Below, piece by piece: positions 12,519 to 24,968 of a stretch of DNA of 64,000 nucleotides; positions within the stretch are counted from its first letter, which is position 1; every line of letters starts with the position of its first letter. The stretch is from Raillietiella orientalis. Lineage: Eukaryota. The stretch lies in the NCBI GenBank assembly GCA_036172245.1, contig JAYWIR010000058.1, positions 1 through 64,000 on the forward strand, read 5' to 3'. Position numbers and translations under genes: made by a program. Below the pieces are notes generated by a model that saw only the letters and a list, made by a program, of their open reading frames with translations, had not been told where the DNA came from and did no database searches.

Positions 12519-13624
12519 TGGTGGCGGCCTGCAGCGACGCCTAAGAGACACGGACGCGCCATTCGTTCCGCGTGGCCATTTGCTTCCCACGAAAAGCATT
12601 AAGATGGTCCCAGGTGGGAAGCGTTCAGCAACACCCCGCCGGCACCTTAGGAAACATGCAGAGGAACAGGCAGCGATCCCTTCCAAGCGTCTTCTTCCCA
12701 TTTCTTCCTATTTGCTTCTTCATTTTCTTCCCGTTCTTGCTTGTCCTTCTGCAATTCTGCTGCGGACCAGCGAACCTGGCGAGTCTGCGCACATCCTTCG
12801 CGGCATTCCTTCCACCACCTCTGTTAGTTCATTTTCCACAATGGCATGTCGGCACGAGTCGACCGACATCGTGAGGACTGAAGCGAATTCGGTTAGCAGC
12901 TGGATGCTGCGTGCAACAGGGAACAGGGCATTCAGGCAGAAACAACGAGATCAGTCGCAATCTCCTATTTTGAGTCATCCGAAAAGTCTGACTATCAGTG
13001 GACATAGTCTTCCCACCGCGGTGCGAAGGGATGAACGAGTTCCCTTTTCGTAAGAAAAAAGTGGAAAATTTGTTCGGCTGGTACTAAATGGGTGGACGGC
13101 ATGCCCGGTTCGGATTCTCAATAATGGGAATCCGTCCAATCTTCTGACTGTTGCTGCCTTGGTCAGCTTTGGGTGGAATCTGCTGTGGCTGAAACTTCAT
13201 CTTTGCTACTTTGGAGAGCAGTGGTTTCACGAGAGTTGGCTCCCGCTGGACGGCGCAGGGTGCGTGTTGCATTTGGAAGCGAAAAAGGAGCGTCCCATTC
13301 CAATGTGTGCCAAAATTGAGTGGATGCAGTCGAACTCGCACTTTCGAAGTCGACTTTGATCTTTTGCGGTTCTTTTCTGCTTGTTTTCCTCATTCAGAGC
13401 ATTCGAGGGAACGAGGCAAAATGAAAACAACGCTGAAAAGTGGCTGAGCATTCTGCACAACTTGGTTGGTGCCGTCGCATGGTGCCAAACTTTCGGTAAT
13501 GTGGAATGGGCGACTTGGCAGTCGTGGACCATTCAAGAACTGAAAGATCATTCGAAATTCGACACGTATTTATTGTGACTGCTTTGCCTGCATTCGAACG
13601 TGCAAGCAAAGCAGGCCTTCCGGG

Positions 13625-16553
13625 TCACCGGGGCGTAGGAGAGTGGGAAGAGGTCGGCAAGGGTGGAGGTGGGGTGTGCTCCTCAACGCTGGCACCTTTT
13701 GCGTGCCATGGGACCCACGTCGTGTGATGGGTTTTCGCCAAACTGTGCAACTCGGACAATACGGCCATCCACGACTTCACCCAACACACATGATCATCGC
13801 TGAAAGAAACGACCAAGCACCATCTTTTCCCGATCTTCCCTTCGACCCGGAAACTCACTTTTGCTTCCATTCCTGGAGGACGCGCTTCACGGGGAGTCGG
13901 CATAAAAACATCATGTCTCGAACAGCATCCGCGGGATAGGGGCTCTACGAAAAGGAAAGAAAGTTTGCGGATGCGTGCCCGACCACCTACCATGGTCACC
14001 CAAAGGATGGCTGCCACACTCTGGCTGATCACACACAGGTGAACATGCGTCTCGGTGTCGCGCTGACTTTGCTCGAATGCCTCGATCTGCACGATGCACT
14101 CGGAAAGCGGTTGAAGGAGGTCGAGCACTTTCGAGTCGTCGGGTTCCTGCGAGCGGCATATTAGTTGCATCAAACGCCCCTGGATCCTGCAACAGGAAAG
14201 AAAGATGGTTAGCAACTGGGAAACCGAGGAGAGGGACCCTTCCATCGTGGCCTTATGAACAACAAGCGCTTACTTGAATGCTTTCAGCACCATGTCCGAG
14301 TGCTTGCGAACCGCTTCCGAGATCTTGGCCGACAGATTGCGGTAGACGGCCAAAGATCCCTTCCCAATTCGGGCGTAATCTTCGAGCCACGGATTGCTGA
14401 TCTCTGGAAACAGCGGCAAACAAGGTATCGACATTCTGGACGATGGAAGGCACGCTGTTTCTCCATTGCGAGCGGTTAGCAACCCGTGAGTTGTGAGCTG
14501 ATGAGCCAAGCCGTGTTAGGTCGACAGAAAGCGAGAATGGCTGCTCGAGCTCATCTTCGCTGCACGCGTCGCTCTGCCGATTTCGGCTATTCCAGGCAGC
14601 GCGGACGTGCACATCGGACTTGCGGGCAAGCAGCAAGCCATTGCACGCGGACAGTCGCAATTACCAAAGCCATCCGACTGCTCCACGCCAAGTTCGGCCT
14701 CCGTTGCCGCAGCTTCCAGCGCCGTGGATACTATCTCCAATCGCGTTATCAAGGATTCCAGTGCCGGGACCACGCACTCGATTTGCCCTTTGGGAAAAAC
14801 AAGAAGCGTCTCATTAGCATATTTCATGCATTCAACCGATCGGACAACGCGACGGCAACACGCGTGCCTCGCAAGCCGTCGGCGCACCGCTCCCGCCACC
14901 GCCATCACGTCGAAACGCTGCCATGAGAGAAGCACACGAAACGTTCGTGCGAAGGGAAATTATCGGTCCTTTTCTTCGCATCCCAAGTGCAATTGCCTTG
15001 CTTCCGGAACGTTCGGCTCGACAAAATGCTCACGCAGCCGCTTGCACTCGGATAAATGGCCACCTTGTTCCGGAAAGAGTTTGAAGAACAAATCGCGCCT
15101 GTGAAATTCCCGAAGGCAACGCAGCGGCGCTCTTTCCAGACAAGCCTGCAGTTTTCCGAAATGCGCACCCCTTCTACCGGCTTCCGGTCAAGAACACGTG
15201 CAACGGCTCTTCTTCTTTTCCGTCCTTCCTTGTTTCGCGCACAAGCGAACAAAAATCAAGTTTCTCGACCAAACGCATGCAAACGCGTTGCGAGCTCCAC
15301 ACGAGCCACGCACAGGTACGCGTACGTTCGTGCGCGAACGTGCAGAACGAGCGACGCGCATCCGCAAACTCCACCCGGGGCACCGAATGGGAGGAGACGC
15401 GTGTGCAGTGGCCGGAATGCAGAACCCGTTCCACCAACCTTCTCGGCAATAATCTCCATAGTCGCACTGAACGCTGCGGCTGACCAGCCACCCATCTGGA
15501 GAGGTCTGCTTTCTTCTTCGCAGTTCGAGGCTATGTGTGCCTGCGCACCCATCCACAGCTGCCGAGGGCCGTTCGGCGCCATCGACTCCCCAGACACGGG
15601 AATGGCGGCAGTCGCTTCCTTCGTTCCGCTTGGGCTCCGTGAGCAGCATCGAGCAGCAATGCTCTTCCTGCTCCCTGGCTACGTCGACGCCTCCGTCTTT
15701 GCCTCGCAGTTTGCTCGAGACTTCGCGTTTCGTAGGTTCGTTCCCTGGCAAGCACGTTGCCAGGGTCGCATCTTCGGTTCTCTTTTCAACGGCGGAGAAC
15801 CGGAAAAAGCTAGCGTTTTCCTTTCTTCGCCTTTTCGTTGGTGGTCTTCGTTCGTTCGCCGTTTCCATGCTCCTGCTTGGAAGCAATCGTTTCGGCCGCC
15901 TCCTTGTCGTCACCCGGAACCATTTGCCTTTTGCGACTCGCAGGCACGCGTTCCTTCGTCTCCTGTTGCTCCTGAACTTCTACCTTCTTCGGAACGAACC
16001 GATTCCGTTTGTTGCCGGATTTCTTCTTGCATTCCCGATCTTCCTCCCGTTTCTCTTTCGCTTTCTGTCTTTCCTCCTCGTTTCTCTTCTTCTTCCGTTC
16101 ATCTTTCAGTTTCTTGTCTCGCTTCCGTGCTACCTTGCTGGCTTTTTTCCCCCTCTTTCTGGACTCCTTGCTCACCTTCTCTTGTGGAGTGAGGGTTGCT
16201 TTTGAAGCCTCTCACCCTTTCTTCCAAACTTCTTGCAGCTTTGTCGGTAGTCGGGAGCCGTTCGCAGCAAGTGCCTCTCTCGGCTGTTCCGCTCCCGCTT
16301 CCTCCGCTCCGTTCATCTTGCCCTTGCCTTTCTTCCAGCTGAACCAAAGCCATCTCTTCGGCTTGGGTTCCGCGCGGGAAGGCTCACTGCTGCTCTCCGC
16401 TGGCCACTCCTCTTCCGTTTGCTTCTGGATTCTCGGAGAGGACACGGTAGCAGAGGATGCCTTCGCGTACACACTCTCAGTGTCTGCGGTCCGAAACGAA
16501 GCTTTTTGCTTCGGCGATTCGGACTCCTCCTTCCCGATACGCAAGGAAGACAT
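13625..16553 (-). CDS. Divergent CAP/Srv2 N-terminal-half paralog, copy B
   Basis: Same exon structure at offset ~8485. The CAP-domain exons are in frame (e.g. 13944-13859 SPYPADAVRDMMFLCRLPVKRVLQEWKQ) and end at TGA 13627-13625. The 5' charged exon has several indels relative to copy A. Confidence 0.8.
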
Positions 16554-17409
16554 GCCAATCCAGGCTGAGCACATTTCCCAATTGCGAGGGACTCGACCTG
16601 GAAGTCGTGCACAAGCCACGAATCACTTCCTGCGTCACACGTGCACCACAGGATTGATTTCCCACATTCTCACGGACCTCGCATTCATCTTACCGGTGCT
16701 CAGCTTTGTTTCTAGATCTGCTTTCCTTTCCTGCTACCTTACAGCCACTGGCTTTTCTAAGTTGGCAGTACGGTTATCCTTCCTGGATACCTCGGCGGCA
16801 GGATAGGCGAGATGTGTTTTTTCCGGGGTCACGAGCGACAAGACTCGCTTTCCGTTTGGTTTCGGAACCGAATCCGAAGTTCCGGATTCGCAGGGATGCG
16901 AATTACTTCCGGTTGGGATGGATTCGCTATCCGCTACGAACTTCCGAATTCACAAGTAGACGCACAAGTAGATAAGCGCTGGATTACGCAGCAGTACGAT
17001 ACTCCGAGTTGCGATCTCTTCCACGAAATGCGCGAATCGATCCGACAACCGAATTCGCAAGCAGCTCACAGCAAATTCTTCCGTCAGGAAAAATCTCCTT
17101 TGCTAAGCAACCGGAATCGTTGTCGAAGTGAGAGGTGGCCGCGCCCACGTCACACGACCGACGCTCGAGCAATGCCTTTGGCGAGTGCCACTTCATCCTG
17201 GTTCGGTGCACGCTCATGCGCAGAAAAGTGCGAAGGAAGGGAAACGGGAGCGTTTCTCGCACGCCCACGCTCCCACTTTGGCTCGATCTTCGCTGTTCCC
17301 CATTCTCGGGAACGATTCGGCCCGTTCGTCGCTTTCCTCTTTTCTCGTCCCGTCTAGCGGCAGTCTTTCGTCGTTTGTACGTTGTGACCATCCAATGCGT
17401 GCGCGTTCC

Positions 17410-20400
17410 GTTCCCTGGAATATCCTCGCACTTGTGCACCGGCCCTTCCCGTACATCCCGTACGAGCGTCGGGATCAGCGCAGCACACGCCCGTTGGGCG
17501 AATCGCGAAGGACGGAATAGGCGTGGGATTTTTTGTTCAGCGCAGCAGCGGTGCGTGGAACGCGCGCTTGCCTCAAAGACACGGTTCGTTGGCGCATGCT
17601 CTGCTTGTTGCGTGCGACAACAGCAAGCAGGCTGGTGAGCGGGATGGTGGCGCGTGCACGGCTTGGAGTTTCGAGAAACGCATCCGTGAAGGGACACTCA
17701 ACACTCAACTTGAAAGGCACCTCATTTTGCGTTCTCCAAGCACCTGTTCCAAGAAACGTTCGTTGATGCACGGCATGTACGAGTATTGCGAATCCACTCG
17801 GTGTACGAGCTCATGAAGAGTTTTCCTGAAGCTCTCGGTCATCCCCAGTTGCTGCTTTCGTTGCTGCCGCATGCCCAGCGCGCCACCACGAGAGGCTTCT
17901 TGAGCTCACCTTCGGGCAGCTCGTGCTCGTCCCTGGCAGCCCACTCTTGATTCCCCTGCCGCCCGACGAACCGGGACACGCGCCGGTACCGTCGCGAGGC
18001 AAGTGGTCGTTTTGGAACTTTGTTGCGTGCACCTTTCCCCATCGTGTCCAGTGGAGGAAGTGCTGCAGGACCAGCACAAGTGGGCTCTCCACGCCCCTTG
18101 CGGCAGCGCTTTCTGCTTTAGTGGACAGTTGCCTACCGGCGGGATCAACTCGTCCCATGGGCGACTGGAGTCCGGCAGAAGATGCCACGCCTGGCCATGT
18201 TCCCAAAGCAGTCCTTCGCTGCTGTGAACTCTTCAGTGTGCCACCAGAACAACTTGTGGACTCTCGTTCGTGCGTGGACGAGTGCGTGTGTTCCCGCTCC
18301 GATGGCGCATGGGTTAGCTTGCATTGCAACCAGAGCGCAAGCATCGTCTGCGGGGGAGTTGCGTCTTCAAAGACTGGTGCGGAAAAGATGCGCTCCCGCA
18401 TCTTTTCCTCCACTGCATCCGTGCTCCTGCTCCAGGGGGACAGCCCAAGAATTGGGATGCGCCGCTTCTTCACGCCTGGCCGCTTTTCGTTAGATGCGCT
18501 CATCGTAAGGAGGCCTTATGTTCGCAACCCTCCACCAGCTGGAGTCTCGGGCGGTTCTTCGAGACGACACTTCTTCCGCTGAAGTCAACATGACGACGCC
18601 TGCCAGGCGGCCTGAACTCGCAGAAGATATGAGCGAGCAGCGAGATGTTCGTTATGCAGCGCCGGTTCCGCTTGGAGGGAACGGCCGAACGCGCAAACCC
18701 CCGTCATCGTCTCGTTCTCACACTTTTTGCGTGTTTCTTACATCAGTATTTGTGGACTGTTCCGGACTTGCCGTGCGACGCCACGTTAGACTGGCAGTCC
18801 ACCTGTCCGACGTCCTTCTTTTCCCTGCCTTCATCCTCCCTTCTTCCCGGAAAGATCGCGAGCAACGCGGCGCCGCCGCACACGGCTGAACGCGCAGCAA
18901 GAGCGTGCTTGCCGAAGCGGGATGCGCTCAACGTGGCAGCTTGCCGCCGATGACGGATACCACCGCACGAACCCAATGACAAATCGTTGGATGCGGCAGG
19001 CACGCACTGGCAGCGTTCCACTGCCTGATGGCAACAGCGTGCTTGCTGGTCACAGCGTTCGAGCGTGTGCTCGACATGCGAAACGGTGCGGGGGCAAGCG
19101 AGGTCGGTCGAAGCGGACTCTCTCCTGTTGCTTCATTTGCATGCGTACGTTTGCTGTGACGGTGCATACGACGGCGTGAAACGCAGCAGGAAATCCGTGT
19201 GACGTGAAGGAGAAAATGCATGGCAAGTGAGGTGGCGCATTTCGCACGTGCGCTTTTTCGCTGCCTACCTTCTTGCCCATCCTCGGTGGAAACTAGGCTC
19301 GAGCGAAACGGGCTTCACGATAGAGGTTCTGCGAAGATCAGCAGAGATGCGTCATCTTGTGATGGATGGGTGAAACTGGTGTATGCGCGCGACCCACAAG
19401 AAAGGATGCACGATGAAGAAGTGCTGCAGAGGTGACAGCTGGGAAGGGTGAAGCGGCAGCATTTCTGGTGCGGAGAACGTGCGCGTAGCGAAGGTTTGCT
19501 TGAACGGAGGGAGGAAATGAAACGGCCAACGGCAGCGACGTTGTGCAGATGTGTCGTTTCGCAAGAAGCCAGCTATCCGACCGGCTTCCGCAATGACCGG
19601 GCCAGCTCTTCCGCGTTCCATCTGCAAAGCCTGCCGGCCTCCATCTCCGGGATCGCCATTCGGGAACAAGTGTTCCTTTCTTGTCGCAGACACGCGCGTT
19701 GTCGCGCCACTGCGCACGCAGTTCGGCGCAGGCTTGCGCGCAGAAAGGTTCGCTGATGGCCGAGGAAGATCGAAGCGAAGATTGTGCGCGGCAGGCGTTC
19801 CCGGAGAAACGAGCTAGCTCTCGAGGTGGCTGCTGCCTCCGCTCTGCACGACGTCATTCGTTGCCAAGCAGTCTGAGGCAGGAGAGGGCACAGCCGGCAT
19901 TCAGCACCCTCCTCCGTTGCAAAAAAGGCAGGCGCTGCGAAAAAAGCGAAGGCGGTTTTTACGACCCTGTTCCTCGGATTGCCGACGATCCGGGGCCGTC
20001 TTGCAGCGCCGGAGCAGGACAGCTCTCCTGCGTGTTTTCTGACGCGGCGCAAGGCGCATACGGTCAACACCTGGAGAAGATGGAATACACGCTTTCCTCC
20101 ACGTTCGGATTTTCTCACACCTGATCGGTCTCATCAAAAGGGTACCGAAAGCATTCCCAACGTTTGCACTCGAGTTCGTTCTGCCTTCGACGCCCATCCT
20201 TGCGAAAAAATCGCATCCACCTTCTTGGTATGCTCGGCATGCTGTCCAACGTGGCCCACTGCGCGCTTCGCATCACGTCTCGCCGACCAGGAAGAGCAGC
20301 TGGACCTCCAGCAGGATCGCCCCGCGAACGGTAGCGTTTGCTTGCAGGAAACTGGGCACGCGGGCGAATAGCAAGCAGACGGGCCCAAGTTACGGCGGCG

Positions 20401-20991
20401 GTTGCTGTACTGCTTCTGTAACAATTTCTGCCTCCAGGAAACAGTCGTGCATCGTGGCAAGGGAGCTGAGCCTGGATTGAAGCTCCCACGCGGCAATGAT
20501 GCCTGAGGGAGCTTCTTGGGCAGCAGCATGCCAAGAAGGTGGAAGGTCTCGTGAGAGTTCAACTCCAGGAAGAAAGACTTGGGTGGTTGATCTACAGCGA
20601 GCTCGCAGGTACCAAGTGCCCTACGTCTACGCAGCCGCGAGCTCTTGGCTATTCCCCAAAGAGACTACCGATGCTCCCCAGTCCTCCTGAGAACACTTAC
20701 ATCTTACCTTTTTGGTTTCGTATTCGGCGATTCTGCTGTTGAACTGGGGTTGTTTCTCTTCAAAGCCCCTCCGACTTCACTGGACCCGGGTTGTGTGGGA
20801 GCCCCAACTAGAGCCGGCACGGAGAGCGCGGATCCGCCCGCAGCTGAATGTGGATTCTGTGGCTCTCAGGCTTCCTGGTGGTTAAACTTTGCGGCCACCC
20901 TTGGGAAACCGGGGACAATTGCAGGAGCGTTTGGAAGTGATGCATCTACCGCCAGCCGCGTCCCTGGCAGCTCATTGCGGCTAGAGCCGGA
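17410..20991 (+). mobile_element. Decayed L1/Tx1-like LINE, copy 3
   Basis: Near-identical array copy of 480-4050. Confidence 0.55.
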
Positions 20992-21149
20992 TGGTGGCGG
21001 CCTGCAGCGACGCCTGGGAGACACGGACGCGCCATTCGTTCCGCGTGGCCATTTGCTTCCCACGAAAAGCATTAAGATGGTCCCAGGTGGGAAGCGTTCA
21101 GCAACACCCCGCCGGCACCTTAGGAAACATGCAGAGGAACAGGCAGCGA

Positions 21150-21700
21150 TCCCTTCCAAGCGTCTTCCCCCCATTTCTCCCTATTTGCTTTTTCATTTTC
21201 TTCCCGTTCTTGCTTGTTCTTCTGCAATTCTGCTGCGGACCAGCGAACCTGGCGAGTCTGCGCACATCCTTCGCGGCATTCCTTCCACCACCTCTGTTAG
21301 TTCATTTTCCACAATCTATGCTCCGGCGCACCTTCGGATGGCAAAAACCATTTCGAGGTTGTAGGTAAATAAGTTTCTCTTTGAAATGTGTGAGATGCGC
21401 CCTTCTCGTGGTGCACCTGACACGGAGATAACGTCCCTGACCATGTCCTCCCGTTTTTCCTTTGGGGTCTGCAGAATGCTACCCACACGCTAAGGAGGGC
21501 AGCACACTCAAACAACAGGTGTGGCAAGGTTTACCTTTCAGCTATCCGAACGGTCCACCATGGCGGGAAAGAGCTTTCTGCTCTGGATGGTGGTGGATGT
21601 GTTCGGAAGTCGTTGCGCGAGTCCTGCATCCACACAGGTGGGTTCAGCGAAATGCGCACCCACTGACCTCCTTGCTACCTACAATCTGTTCTTTCGCAAA
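21150..21700 (-). mobile_element. LINE ORF2 3'-end remnant spanning the array's right boundary
   Basis: ER*TLPHLLFECAALLSVW at ~21540-21480 is ET..HLLFEC..L..VW with E as TAA. It continues HRLWKMN across 21315 into LVRSRIAEE inside the array. Confidence 0.55.
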
Positions 21701-24535
21701 CTTGGTACATCACATGTTGCGAACGAGTGAACACCGGATGGTCTTCCGTCTTCTAGGCTGATCATCCGTGGAGTTGCGTGAGCGTAGGCGTCTTCGTTCG
21801 TGTCGGCTACAGCATCGTGAGAGGGATAGCACCACCTTTTTCGCTGCAAACCTCTGGCCGTTGTTCTGATAGTGTCCCTCTCAGCAGAACATTGGTATCG
21901 CTGCCCCCAGAGGGAGGCTGAGTCGGCCTTGGATGGCAGCATTCTCTTTCCGAAGGAGATCACCATGCAAAACGGCTTTTCTGCTCCTCCCTTCCGATCT
22001 TTACCTTTCGCTTGCCCTCTTCTCAATCGCGTGGCCACTTAAGACATGAAGAAATCTGACATGAAGGTCTCCGCGGGACATTGCGTTCAGACCCTGGTAC
22101 GCCGGACCGTTTCCTTTAACACATTTTTTCACTGCAAGCCTGTTATGGGCTTTTGGATTCCAACGCTTATCCACCGGTGTCCGAGTATCACGCTTTTCGG
22201 CTCTCAGAATACTAGAAAATTTGTTAGAGATTTTATACTTCTCTGTTATGATTCAGTTCGGTATAACATAACATGTTCTTGTCATATATTACATGACAAT
22301 ATTGTCTAGGTATATATTGACACCGACGACCCCACGGAATAGCCACGAGTCGGTTGTTAGTGAGTGGCGACCTGAAACGTGGTCGGTAGATGGTGTTAAT
22401 AAAATGATACATCTCCAGAGAAGTGTGGTCTGAGCGGTGCTCCATCTACCAACGTTTCGTTGGCATCCTGCGGGGTTACCGTTTGGCAGACTAGTGATGT
22501 CCACCACGGTAGTAGAGGGGAGGGAATTTTCCTATATTGGAAGAGGAAACAAATGCAAAAATAAATTAAAAGGCATAAACAGCGTCTTTGGTCTTTCCTA
22601 TTTCTTCATGAAATACCGTGTACAGTCTGAAATGAGCGGAAGTGGAGTAAGCAATTGTATAAAATGGAAGACCGACCAAGGGGTTTCAGCAATGTCCGTT
22701 TAGTTTTCTGGGAAACGACTCAGGATATTGGTGTTCTGCTTCTACTGCTTTAATTCCACTTTCTAATGAGGTCACCTGTCAGTCTTCCTCACGGAGACAG
22801 CTGCTCTGCCCGTGGTGGCCTCTGTTCGCTGTTCTCGTCTCTTCTGCTAATGGCGGTCTGCAACGATGGCAAGGATGCAATGTGTCGTCGCTATCACGGT
22901 GCCTGTCCTGGCCCCTCCTGTCGCAAGGAATCGCCTCTGCATGTTGGTCGCAGTGTCACTGGTCTGCAGTCAGCTTCCGTCAAAGTTCTTGCAGGGCACT
23001 ACAATTGAACAAGGGGTGCGGAAACGATTCAAGAGCACAGCACTTTCAATAGTCCGTGGACACAACGTCCCCGGAAATCTGGTTCATACACTGGTTGCGC
23101 TGGAAACCCAACTGCAAAAACCGCAGGATGTTCTGCTTCCTTATCGGCGGGAAAACGGAAGTGCTTCTAAACAGGAGACGGACAACAATTTTGTCGGAGG
23201 TCATTCTGATCCGTTAGCTTGATCGAAGCAGTCTCTTCCCTCTATGAACTCTAGCGGAGTCTGCGAGCTCAATTTCTCCCATCCCTTTAGCAGTTTTGTT
23301 ATTCCGGCAAAAGTGAAGGACAACTTCCACCTTGCTGGCAGGCAACTGTTGTGACATCCCTTGGACAGAGTGCTGCGGCAAGAAGTGTGGAGGTCAGACG
23401 GGCAGTTCTCCTTGTGTCCTGTAGGACATCTTCCGCCCTCAGGTTGTCTGAGTGCCGCGGGCGACCCCGTACATTCGGGGTCACTACGACTTTAGAAACC
23501 CATTAAACAAGCACCTCCTGCCACCATGCATGGGAGTCTATTGGACGGCAGGAGATCCAAGGGTAGAATTGCTGCAGAGAGGCAATTCGATTCAACGGGA
23601 ACGCAAATCCGTTCATGCGGTATCGCCAACGCGAAAGTAGGTATCCCTCTTTTCTGCGCGTACGTCAGCGAACGCAATGCAACATTTACATCGGCGACGT
23701 TTTCTGGATCCTTGCCCAGCCGATTCGACAGCTTCCAAGTTGTTCGAAGAGCAGTAGATAGAGAAACTCGATTGTCGGCCGGACAAAGCCACGGAAAAAC
23801 CTCAATTTCATTTATTTTCGATGGGTGCGCAAGTGTACGAAGACGCTGAAGAAGCCATCCTGACTCTTCTTGTTCACCAGGGAGTTCGGCAACCGTCCAA
23901 GACTGTTTGTTCCAAAGTTCTTCGAAGGTTCCGCTCGTCCATTTGAAGTTTCCGTTACGCAACCTTGTTCGAAATCACATCCGTACCTCTATAATGGAAG
24001 CGTCTCCATTCCGTTCAAATGCATGGTAGCCGTCGGCGAGCAGGTCGTCGCGGCTGTTGAACTGAGCGACACTGCGGGAGCAGGCAGCTCGTGCGCCGCC
24101 CGTCTTCGTAACGACGAGTGCTAACTGCGGCGTCTGCAGCCGAACGATGCGCATCATCTGCGCAGCACACGTTTCAGGCACGCACTTCTTCTGCACCCCT
24201 GGTGAGGCAGAAGAAGCTCTCCGGAAGACCTGCGAAGAGAACAAACGTGACGCAGGGACGCGCATTGTTTCTCCCTTGGTGGTGCTTTCCTCCCTGCGCG
24301 AGGATGGGCGCTGCTGAACAAGCACGCGCCTTGGCGGTGCTTCTTCTCACACATGGCAGATCGCGCGCACACGGTCTTGCATGCCACCGGAAGCATTGAA
24401 ACGTGTTTCCGGATGAGGCAAACGGCTTTCCTACGTTGCCTCGGTAACCATCGGAAAAAGAAGGAGAGAGAAAGAAAACAAAAACCCATTTGGAAAAACA
24501 AAAAGCTGCCGTCTTCCTCCGGTGAAAAGAGCAAC

Positions 24536-24968
24536 ATGAAAAAAACTCTCCTGCTCTGTGGACTGGGAGCAGCGGCGGCTGTGGCCTGGTTCGGCCGAAG
24601 GAAGGTAAGCAACCGGCGCATGCTCCCTCACCCCGCCCGGCATCACGAGGAGCAAGTCTGTCCTTTCGCGGTACCCCGCCTCAAGTGTCCACTCTCGAGC
24701 CCGTCGTGGGTCCTTGTTTAGCACCCGTCCCCGAATTGCGATATAACGAAGTGTTCTCATTGGACTTCAATTTCAGATATCGGCGGCCGCACAGTACGCG
24801 TGGCAGCAGCGGACAGCCAGGCAGGATGCAGGCGACGAGCGCGGTCAGCTTCTGGGGGAGAGCCGACACGGCAGCACCTGCACCTGCGAGCTGATGTCCG
24901 CGGTTTCGGAGATGGATCGGTGGTTCCGGCACTTCGCAAACCCGCGCGTCGACGTCATCATTGTATAG
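24536..24968 (+). CDS. Candidate small two-exon protein (86 aa) with hydrophobic N-terminus
   Basis: ATG 24536, exon to 24604 (MKKTLLLCGLGAAAAVAWFGRRK), donor gtaagc, acceptor tttcag 24776, in-frame exon 24777-24968 (ISAAAQYAW...DVIIV*). No homology recognised. Confidence 0.35.

Larger units (their letters stand above)
1..21315. repeat. Tandem array of ~8.47 kb units (partial unit <1-4373; complete units 4374-12842 and 12843-21315)
   Basis: Window start 'ctt(c/a)cggttgggat(g/t)gattcgctatccgctacg' recurs at 8423 and 16906, and the ORF track repeats near-identically. Similarity ends after 'cattttccacaat' at 21315 (=4373 =12842). Copies differ by substitutions and short indels. Confidence 0.98.

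Noticed and set aside
1..21315. Array as rDNA, CRISPR or satellite
   Set aside because: No rRNA signature sequences and no short repeat-spacer structure; the unit is complex 8.47-kb sequence.
22244..22480. Solo LTR (TGTTATG start, AATAAA, PBS-like TGGC)
   Set aside because: No matching CA end with a target-site duplication, no second LTR, and no convincing tRNA-complementary PBS.
22700..24000. LINE ORF1 remnant on the minus strand (ALAIPHERI, RPTCR...QEG)
   Set aside because: Motifs are too short and degenerate to support a call without a search.
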